From contig NC_092382.1 of the NCBI RefSeq assembly GCF_030028105.1, positions 3,316,175-3,380,174 of the forward strand: DNA of 64,000 nucleotides, read 5' to 3'. Shown piece by piece: positions 36,881 through 47,029 of the stretch. The stretch is from Mobula birostris. Lineage: Eukaryota. A model generated the notes under the pieces. It was given only the letters and a program-made list of their open reading frames with translations, was not told the DNA's origin and made no database searches. Within the stretch, counting starts at the first letter, position 1; every line of letters begins with the position of its first letter. The translations under genes were made by a program, and so were the position numbers.

Positions 36881-37756
36881 AAAGCACACGCGTATGCAGT
36901 GAATGAAGGGAGATGGGTCATGTACAGTCATCAGAATTTAATCTTATTCGGTATCTGTTCAGCACAGAAGTAGTGAGCCAAAGGGCTTGTTCCTGTACTC
37001 TACTGTTCCCAGGATCTCAACATCTCCAGCTGATGTCTTCACATTGTAATATCAATCTATCAATCATCAACTGCCCATTCTCCTCCATTCATCTCGTTCT
37101 TCAGCACTGACGAATGTAATAGAGGACAGGGTGTCTTGCCACACAGGAGCAAACTCTTTCGCCCACCATGTCCCTGACGAGCGGAGCATTCCCGACTGAG
37201 CTGTGACGTAACCAGTGACGCCAATTTCTCAGGACGTCATCAATCAACCAGATGCTGCAATGTGGAAATTTGGATTATTCCAAATGTGAAACATGACCTT
37301 CCCTCGCATTCCTATTCACAAACTAGTTCAGCGCTGCACAGAACAACATAGACATAATTTTATCAATGGAAAATGCATGGCATATTGCAGGCAAGTCTGA
37401 AGCTATCATAGGGAACTCGAAATGAATATGAAACTATGAGCGGGACATAACTCGATTCATGGTGCAGTGCACATTGAGAAATATGTAACAGAATTGGCAA
37501 ACATAAGAGAGAAGATACACGGTGAAAGTTGCAATTTAGAATTGCTGAGTGGAAATGTATTCATATAAATGATGCTGGAACATGAAACGCTCTTCCTCGG
37601 TTGGTCTTATTTCGATCAAATTATTAATCTAATTACTAACTTATTGATATAAATTATTGATTTTATTTAATTTGATTATTTTCATTCAACATTTCAAAGG
37701 TGATTTTGCCAAACCACAGAAAGTTACAGACCACGTGCTGCTCAACTGGCTCTATG

Positions 37757-38947
37757 TGTCATGGTCCGGATCGGGGTCCCTTTAAATTTACCTTGTTTAT
37801 GTTACGATCCGGACCGTTGATTCCCTGTTTTCCAGTGTCCCTCGACTTTGGTGATTAGAGGCAATTAACGCTCGGCTGAACCGGTAGTTTATAGTCTCCG
37901 GCTTTCAGCCGTTCGGCGAGGGAGCGTCTGCAAAGTCATCTATGGTACGGTGTGCCGATGTCATCTGGCCAGAGCAAGCCTAGTCTCTGCCGAAGCAGTG
38001 CCGTAATTCGCCTTTTCCTCACCGGAGCATACCTGCCCAGTTACCTCGCCAAAGCGAGCCCGCAAAGTTTCCTCACCGAGGTGGGTCCGTCAGTTAACCC
38101 GCTGGAGGGAATCAGGAACCGCTGTCTACTGTTCCCGGGCCGAGTCGAGAGCTCCCTGCTATCCGGAGGTTCCAAGTCAAGTCCTGGCTCTGGCGGCGTT
38201 CAAGCACCAAGTCAAGTCCTTTTCCTGGCTGCATTCAAGCACCAAGACAAGTCCTGGCCCTGGCGGCTTCCCAGTTCTGAGTCAAGTCCTAGCCCTGGCG
38301 GTCTGTGATTCCTGTCCTACCCCCTTGTCTGAATCCCTTCTCTGCCCCTCTCGCCTCTCACCCTCGTCTGCAGCCCCCGCCTGTACTTCGGTCTAGTTCT
38401 ATTGTCGGAGCTAGATAGATACTGTCTGGTATTCATTCGTGTTGGTCTTGTCTTGTCTTGTTCTCGCCTCCGTGGGGTAAGTCAGGCCGTCTTGCCGTTG
38501 CCCCGCGGAGGGTCATGAGTCCCGGCCCTATGTCCTGTACCCAAGGAGGGGTCCGGACTTTGTGTTCTGTGTATGTGTCCATGGTTCCATGTACCTGCTC
38601 TCCCGAGACCGAGGCTCTGTTTTCCTTGTCCCTCCTCTCCCTAGCCCATGTCATGTTCATGCCTGGTTCTGGGGTCCGAGCCCGAGACAAGATCCAGGTA
38701 CTGGGTCCTTGCCCAGTATGGGGCTCGGCGTCCATACCCTAACCTCTTCATGTCTCCTCTAGTTCTGGGAGACGATTCTGAGTCCAAGCCCAGACCCTTG
38801 GTCCCAGCCTAGTAGTAGTCCTGGGTCTTTCTCCTGCTCCTGCCTAGTTCTCCTGGTATCGAGCAATGAACTAAATCTAAATAACCTCACAAGATGTGTT
38901 TTTCATTTGGGTCCACCCTTGCTCCCTATGCCCCCGCCATTGTGACA
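37757..38947 (+). mobile_element. Solo LTR (Gypsy chromovirus/sushi-like) with perfect 5-bp TSD
   Basis: Termini TGTCA...TGACA, with CTATG at 37752-37756 and 38948-38952. Confidence 0.88.
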
Positions 38948-39254
38948 CTATGCGGTTGACTAACAATTAGCGTGGAAAATGATTCCGGGCCGAATGGTCT
39001 GTTTGCCAAATGACTCTACGACGCTGAATGTCCAGCTCAATACAACCGTCTTCATTCATATCACAATTATAACATAAACCGACTGCAGGAGACGCTTGTT
39101 CTAACAATAGCTCAGGGAATACTGAATCTATATTAAGATTATTTACTAGGTTTCAGGAACAGCGGGAAAGAAGGAGAAAAAATACTCTCGCTCACAGTGA
39201 ATCAGGTCTCACAGGCACAGGACAGGGGCGACACACGTAACGGTGGAGCCAAAG

Positions 39255-40590
39255 CAGACAAATACAAAAGGAAACCCACACCCCCACAATGTAAGAGAGA
39301 CTGACAGATACAGAATGAAACCCACACTCTCACACTGTAACAGAGACTGACGGATACAGAATGAAACCCACACCCCCACAATGTAACAGAGACTGACAGA
39401 TACGGAATGAAACCCACACTCTCACACTGTAACAGAGACTGACAGATACAGAATGAAACCCACACTCTCACACTGTAACAGAGACTGACAGATACAGAAT
39501 GAAACCCACACTCTCACACTGTAACAGAGACTGACAGATACGGAATGAAACCCACACTCTCACACTGTAACAGAGACTGACAGATACAGAATGAAACCCA
39601 CACTCTCACACTGTAGCAGAGACTGATAGATACAGAATCAAACCCACACTCTCACACTGTAGCACAGACTGACAGATACAGAATGAAACCCACACTCTCA
39701 CACTGTAGCAGAGACTGACAGATACAGAATGAAACCCACACTCTCACACTGTAACAGAGACTGACAGATACAGAATGAACCCCACACTCTCACACTGTAA
39801 CAGAGACTGACAGATACAGAATGAAACCCACACTCTCACTCTGTAGCAGAGACTGACAGATACAGAATGAACCCCACACTCTCACACTGTAACAGAGACT
39901 GACAGATACGGAATGAAACCCGCACTCTCACACTGTAACAGAGACTGACAGATACGGAATGAAACCCACACTCTCACACTGTAACAGAGACTGACAGATA
40001 CAGAATGAAACCCACACTCTCACTCTGTAGCAGAGACTGACAGATACAGAATGAAACCCACACTCTCACACTGTAACAGAGACTGACAGATACAGAATGA
40101 AACCCACACTTTCACACTGTAGCAGAGACTGACAGATACAGAATCAAACCCACACTCTCACACTGTAACAGAGACTGACGGATACAGAATTAAACCCACA
40201 CTCTCACACTGTAGCAGAGACTGACAGATACAGAATGAAACCCACACTCTCACACTGTAACAGAGACTGACAGATACAGAATGAAACCCACACTCTCACA
40301 CTGTAACAGAGACTGACGGATACAGAATGAAACACACACTCTCACACTGTAGCAGAGACTGACAGATACAGAATCAAACCCACACTCTCACACTGTAACA
40401 GAGACTGACGGATACAGAATTAAACCCACACTCTCACACTGTAGCAGAGACTGACAGATACAGAATGAAACCCACACTCTCACACTGTAACAGAGACTGA
40501 CAGATACAGAATGAAACCCACACTCTCACACTGTAGCACAGACTGACAGATACGGAATGAAACACACACACTCACACTGTAACAGAGACT
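39255..40590. repeat. 46-bp minisatellite, ~29 copies (GACTGACAGATACAGAATGAAACCCACACTCTCACACTGTAACAGA)
   Basis: Period read directly (39301 to 39347); degenerate copies continue to ~40780. Confidence 0.95.
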
Positions 40591-41179
40591 GGTGTGTATG
40601 TACAATATGAAATGCACACTCTCACAATGAACCAGGGAGTAAGATTTAAAGAACCCCACACTCTCATTCTGCACCAGGGACTGATATCTATAAAATGATC
40701 CCCACACTGTCACATTGCACCGGGGACTATTCCTCTACACTCTACCGGCGACAGGCAGGTGGAGAATGAAACCCACACTCTTATATTATCCGACTGAATG
40801 TCTCCCGTTTGTCGACTGTCTCTACATTGCTGTCGTTCTCTCTCACTAATTCCGCATTTTATGTCAACTGCATATTAACCCTCTCTTCATTTTCACCTTG
40901 AAACCGACTGCAGGCTCAGTCCTTTCCTCTCCCTGGCAGACTGGCCGATTACTCTGTTCTCCCAATTTACTGTTCTTATTTCATTCTGCTGTGAATAATT
41001 CTTGTTTCTACAACATGGCCTTGCAGCTATTTCAATGTCGCTTCTGTTTCCTCAATCCCTTCATCGATATGCCGACCCCACCGTGAAACATCGTGTTCAA
41101 CACGTTCGGACTGGGAAGAGAAAGGCATCAACTGGGAGATCGACAAAGAATCTAATACATGTATCGACGTTCATTTGCC

Positions 41180-41212
<33 letters not shown>

Positions 41213-42215
41213 GTGTACTAATAATGGTTTTAATATGGTTTTATGTGATGTTGTGGCCCTATTTGTCGGTCCTGCATTTATATCTGCCGGGCACTGCGAA
41301 GGGAATGCCAAGGACACGGGCATTTTTATGTCAAACCATGAGAAGAATCGGAATGGAATCTACAGATGGCAGAAAGTATTTTGTTAAATTATGCCGGTAT
41401 TCACACCAGGGAGAAACGTGTTGATGGTTGTGCTCTTGACCCACAGGACAGTGAATAGTAGCCTTATCAGCCTATTGTATTCCTACAGCTAATTGAACAA
41501 AACAGTGTTTCAGTATCTAAATGTCCCTCAGGTGGATTCAACATCGGCTTTGTCCGTCAGTTTACCGTTTCAAAATCCACACCACGAGTAGTAAATTTTA
41601 TACATATTCGTTCTAAGATGTATATGAGGTACACACTTACACACTTAACATTAACATCTTAATACACATTTTTCCCTGAATCAATTTCTTTCTGAATTCT
41701 AACTTCGAAAGTAACCTGGTGACTCTGTAATATCGTTACTGGTACTTATTTGCATTAAAATTGGTGTTGATACAATGCTTTCTATTTTTTCTCTGTCTCT
41801 GGTACAGCAGCCGATAACGTCTGTAATGCTGGGGTCATTGGTTTGCATTTCGCGCTGCATACCTGCCAACATCTGTGTTTGCTACTGACTCGGTAACAGT
41901 GCAAACAGTGACGGTTTGCGCCAGAAAAAAAAACATAAATGTAATGTTTCCTATCCAGAAAAAATAATCACCGGAGCAACGTAAGTGAATCATATTAAAG
42001 GTGCGTCATCACAGAGAAATAACAAGGGAGAGACTTCATGTTGGAGTGGAATCAGCGCTGATGAGGTGGACTCGACTGGTGTTGCGTCCAGTTCAATGAA
42101 ATAAGGCGTGTTATTTCCCCATTGGCGTTACGGTTCGCTAAAGTAGAGAAATAACTGCTAATTACAAGCACCAGTCACTGTACAAATTGTTATCATTATT
42201 GGTACCCGATTGTTC

Positions 42216-42230
42216 TATAAAAGTACGTCA
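42216..42230 (+). promoter_or_regulatory. Putative gene D TATA box with adjacent CRE half-site
   Basis: TATAAAA at 42216-42222 and ACGTCA at 42225-42230. Confidence 0.45.
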
Positions 42231-42453
42231 TTTTGTGCTTCAGCTACATTTCGGACGGAAGCATTCAGACGCGGTGGACTCTCAACAACGTGTGATCGGT
42301 GAAGCGTTTTACCCAGTAGGCGCACAGAAATTTGCTACCGGGGCTTTGTTATAACTGTTTGAGTTTAATTACTGGCTATTTACAACTTTTATGACATTTA
42401 GAAATTGGGAACATTCGGAACAGAACTGTAAATACTAACAGTCTGGATTAACA

Positions 42454-42508
42454 ATGCTTGATGAGAGGACTATTTGTTACACAGTGATTATAATCGTCGG
42501 TATCCCGG
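42454..42508 (+). CDS. GPCR gene D exon 1 (MLDERTICYTVIIIVGIP+G)
   Basis: 55 nt, donor G|GTAAGT at 42509, phase 1. Confidence 0.82.
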
Positions 42509-43017
42509 GTAAGTACCTTTCTGTTACTTATGCAGAAGCAGAGACCTCACGCTGTTCTCAGCTGCTGCTGATGTGATTTTAATCGATGTTTACAGAGTCA
42601 TTAATAATATTTAAAATACTCCTGGACGGTCTGACAAATGTGAAAGCCTTAGAGATGTGATCCAAACGCGAACAAACGAGACCGGCTCAGATGGCCATGT
42701 CGGTCAGCATGGAGATATTGGACCGATGGGCGCGTTTCTGTGCTCTATCATTCCTGGACTCTGCTCATCGCTGCTGCATCCGTGATCGTGAGGAGATAAT
42801 GTGAGCATGTGCTACTTACTGTAAAGCGCTTTATGCTGCGGTCAGGTTTTCAAACAAGCCGCATAAACACAGGTGTTCTTTACTTCCACTGATAATGTCC
42901 AGCAGAGATGAACGATGGATTTTATTTCAAGCGAACAAATCATGGCTGTATTTCTACGCAAAATTCGTTTGATTTTCCTTATTCTTATTTTTGGTCTTTT
43001 TTTCTGTTTCACTGTAG

Positions 43018-43943
43018 TTAACCTTGTGGCAATCATCATTCTCTGCCGAGGAAAATGCGGTCTCTCCAAATGTATCACGCACTACCTGGTGGCGATGGCC
43101 GCGGCGGATCTAATGGTGGTGATGATCGAAGTCCTGTTCTACCGGATGGGTGAAGCGTACAGACTTTACCGAGTCCTGGACAACGCTCCGTTCTGCCTTG
43201 TCCACTACGTCATGTGTCACGTGGCCGTTGATTGCTCCGTCTGGTTCACTGTCGCCTTCACTTTCGATCGCTTTGTGGCCATTTGCTCGGCTAAACTTAA
43301 AACAAAATACTGCACCCCCAAAATCGCGGGTTTGGTGATTGGCGCTGTATTTGTCGGTCTTTGTTTAAAAAACATCCCATTTTACTTCCTGTATATGGAA
43401 ACGACAGGTTTTTTGAAGGGTAACTGGGTCTGTTTCGGTAGACCCGCACTTGCTTTCTCGGGATCGTTTGAGGGGTTTTATTGGGTGGACCGTCTGTTGA
43501 ATCCGCTACTTCCCTTCTTCCTCATTTTGACCCTCAATGCTCTGACCGTCAGACAGATACTGGCGGCGAGCAGAGTCCGCAGGGGACTCAAGGGACGGGG
43601 AAATTGCGGGAAACAGCGAGATCCGGAGATGGAGAGTCGGAGACAATCCATCATTCTGCTCTTCAGCCTGTCGGCGAGTTTCCTTCTCTGTTGGGCGACA
43701 AGCACTCTGGTCTTCATTCTCATGCGATGCCTCTACACAGACCTGGAAATGTCTATTCGGCTTTTTCAGGCACAGTTTTGGGGTTCTGTGATTCAGAATT
43801 TCAGCAGTTGCACGAATACCTTTATTTACGGAGTGACCCAGACAAAATTCAGAGAACAGTTGAAAGTTGTTCTATTCTACCCCGCTATTTTAGTTTGGAA
43901 ACATTTTAGAAGTCTGTACCGCTCAGTTGAAAGGGTGAAATAA
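43018..43943 (+). CDS. GPR139/GPR142-like GPCR, gene D, exon 2 (spliced 326 aa)
   Basis: Polypyrimidine tract and tag|TT AAC acceptor. Motifs: MAAADL, DCSVWFTVAFTFDRFVAIC, NPLLP, LCW, NTFIY, KFREQL. TAA at 43941-43943. Confidence 0.92.
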
Positions 43944-43989
43944 TTTTCCCATTTCAACAAATATAAATTGAGCTTCATGAAAACGTTGC

Positions 43990-45807
43990 TATTCTGCAGA
44001 ACCAACTCATAAGGCTTGAGCACAGCCTCTTTCACTGAGTCATAATCAGCTGCCTCTTCAAGTGTTAGGGCAGACTACCCTTGCTGGGCTTTCTGCTGAA
44101 TTACACTTTGTAACACAACAGCCCAGCTGTCTTTTGGCCACCTTCGATTCTGAGCCACTTTTTCAAACTGCAAGAAGGACTCATCAACTTCTGCTTCATC
44201 AAATGGAGGTACCAACTTAACTTCTCAACTGGCACTAAACTTGTCACCAAGGTCTGGCACTGAACCTCCTTGTGGCCATCCCTCCACCTCGAACCACCTC
44301 TGTCTTTCTGCCTCTTCCCTTTGTTTGTCCGCTTCCTCAGCCTCGGACTGTTTCAGTCGTAACTCATGCTGTCTTTGCTTATCCTCAGCCTCCCTTTTTA
44401 ATTTTTCTAACGGGAGCTGCAGCTCAGCCACAGTAGGTTTACTTTCAGCAATCATTTCCAACACATCTCCGTCAAACACTTCCTTAGATACATAACACTC
44501 CACTATTAATGTCAGTACCTGAGCCTTCCTCATTTTAGTGCTCACCTGAAGTTTTAACTTGTGAGCAATTTCCAACAGCACAACTCTCTTTGCGCCATCC
44601 AATGCTTCAGGGGTTGGCTTTGTCAGAAACCCATCAACCTCCATTGCTGCTGATCTTCCACTCAAACAAATCAAAGGAGATTTCCCCAATCAGATCGATC
44701 ATTAATCAATCAATTCAGCCCCCAACCAATTTCTTCATATCCCGGACGCAGGCCCCAATTATGTTACATAAAAGCAACAGTTTAAATGAACCAGCTGCAA
44801 TAGAGCACACCTTGAGTCTGGTTTTGATATTATAAACCACTGTTTATTAGTAACTACTTCATATAGTAATTTAAACCAGGTAAATCAAAAGTCAGCAGTG
44901 TTACACATATATATGTGTGTAAATACAATTCCCAAACTCGTTAAAGCTTGGGTGGCAAGAGTTAAAGTCTTACGATGGAAATGTAAGGAAGTTCAGTTCA
45001 ATCCACGGAAGAATGTGTGTGTGAGGAAGGTATTTGTAATCCAAGGTGAAAACCACACTTGGAGAAGAACGAGTGAACAGGTACCGTTGATCTTCCGTCC
45101 TCAGGCTCCGAATCCACTCTCGAGTTAGCCAGATGCAGCTTATCACTAAGGGGACCGTCTTCGAGGGTGAGCTACCACCCAGGCAAGGGTAGACACACCG
45201 GTAGCCTCCACAGGGTCAGCCCTGACACACACCGTGATAGCCACTGATCAATTACCCTGATCGATCCTCAACCCATGCTTGTGGGCACTCGAAAGTTCCA
45301 CCCAGTGACTCCTCTGTCACTGGCCTCCTTTCACTGACCGGTCGCCGTAACCAGTGTCCCACTGTGTGTCTCTGGGAGAGTCATCTGACCTTGCTTAAAT
45401 AAACACGCTACAAAGCAACTGTGAACATCGAACTGTCCATCACATAACTCCGCCTCTCTCTCACCATGGCAACCAAGAAGCAACTGTGAACATCGAACTG
45501 TCCATCACATAACTCCGCCTCTCTCTCACCATGGCAACCAAGAAGCAACTGTGAACATTGAACTGTCCATCACATAACTCCGCCTCTCTCTCACCATGGC
45601 AACCAAGAAGCAACTGTGAACATCGAACTGTCCATCACATAACTCCGCCTCTCTCTCACCATGGTAACCAAGAAGCAACTGTGAACATCGAACTGTCCAT
45701 CACATAACTCCGCCTCTCTCTCACCATGGCAACCAAGAAGCAGGCAGCAGTACTGTAGACAGTTTTTCTCTCTCTCTCATTTAAAGGCACAGTCCATGTC
45801 CACCACA
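43990..45807 (-). mobile_element. Truncated Gypsy (Gmr1-like) LTR retrotransposon: 5' LTR 45807-44762, tRNA-Pro-like PBS, gag fragment
   Basis: LTR termini TGTGG...GTAACA. PBS TGGGGCCTGCGTCCGGGAT (~44757-44739). Gag 'MEVDGFLTKP...' then 'LVPPFDEAEVDESFLQFEKVA...WPKDSWAVVLQSV' with stops. Confidence 0.85.
45413..45742. repeat. 65-bp tandem repeat x5 inside the LTR
   Basis: 'gcaactgtgaacat' recurs at 45415, 45480, 45545, 45610 and 45675. Confidence 0.95.
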
Positions 45808-45860
45808 AATCCTTCACCACATTCACAGTAGGTGAACGGCCTCTCCCCGGTGTGAACTCA

Positions 45861-45968
<108 letters not shown>

Positions 45969-46628
45969 CTAAGTGAATCCCTTCCCACAGTCTGTGCAGG
46001 TGAACGGCCTCTCCCCAGTGTGAACTCGCTGATGTACCTTCAGTTGAGACGACTCCGTGAATCCCGTCCCACACACTGAGCAGGTGAATGGCCTCTCCCC
46101 AGTGTGAACTCGCTGATGTACCTTCAGTTGATATGACTGAGTGAATCCCTTCCCACACACTGAGCAGGTGAACGGCCTCTCCCCAGTGTGAACTCGCTGA
46201 TGTACCTTCAGTTGAGACGACTCCGTGAATCCCGTCCCACACACTGAGCAGGTGAACGGCCTCTCCCCAGTGTGAACTCGCTGATGTACCTTCAGTTGAT
46301 ATGACTGAGTGAATCCCTTCCCACACACTGAGCAGGTGAATGGCCTCTCCCCAGTGTGAACTCGCTGATGTACCTTCAGTTGATATGACTGAGTGAATCC
46401 CTTCCCACACACTGAGCAGGTGAACGGTCTCTCCCCTGTATGAACTCGCTGATGTACCTTCAGTTTAAATGAGCAAGTGAATCCCTTCCCACAGTCTGAG
46501 CAGGTGAATGGCCTCTCCCTGGTGTGAACTGACTGGTGTCTCAGTAACTGAGATGACACAGTGAATCCCTTCCCACAGTCTGAGCAGGTGAACGGCCGCT
46601 CCCTGGTGTGAACTTGCTGGTGAGCCAT
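45969..46628 (-). CDS. C2H2 zinc-finger gene ZF1: 7 intact fingers, then a premature TAG; possibly a pseudogene
   Basis: CxxC...HxxxH with TGERPF linkers. TAG at 45969-45971 falls inside finger 8. Further broken fingers run to 45808, where the LTR starts. Degenerate fingers upstream at 46630-46860. Confidence 0.75.
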   Translation of the reverse strand: MAHQQVHTRERPFTCSDCGKGFTVSSQLLRHQSVHTRERPFTCSDCGKGFTCSFKLKVHQRVHTGERPFTCSVCGKGFTQSYQLKVHQRVHTGERPFTCSVCGKGFTQSYQLKVHQRVHTGERPFTCSVCGTGFTESSQLKVHQRVHTGERPFTCSVCGKGFTQSYQLKVHQRVHTGERPFTCSVCGTGFTESSQLKVHQRVHTGERPFTCTDCGKGFT

Positions 46629-47029
46629 TAGGTCAGATAATCAAGTGAAACCTTCCCCACAAATTCAGCAGATGACCAGCCTCTGCTCAATGTGAACTGA
46701 CTGGTGTGTCCACAGGTGGGAAGACCGACTGAATCCCTTCTCACACACAGAACAGGTGAATGGCCTTGTCCCAGTGTGAACTTGCTGATGTACCTTCAGT
46801 TGAGATGACCGACTGAATCCATTCCCACTGTCTGAGCAGATGAATGGGTTCTCCCCTTTGTTGACGTACAGCTGGGATTTTCTTTTATCTACTGTCAGTT
46901 TAAAGTGCCACAGTCTTAAAGCCATGAAAACATCTTCTGCCCAGATGAATGGTTGGTCCGCACAGCTGTTAAAATGAATTAGATGAAGATTAGTATTATT
47001 TCATGTCCTTATCACACAGTCATAGAAAA

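Noticed and set aside
39255-40590. Regular repeat array resembling CRISPR
   Set aside because: Units are head-to-tail with no unique spacers, there are no cas genes, and the context is eukaryotic.
4753-43943. Assigning the symbol GPR139 to any of the four receptors
   Set aside because: Family-level resemblance only; multiple divergent paralogs mean orthology needs a phylogeny and synteny.
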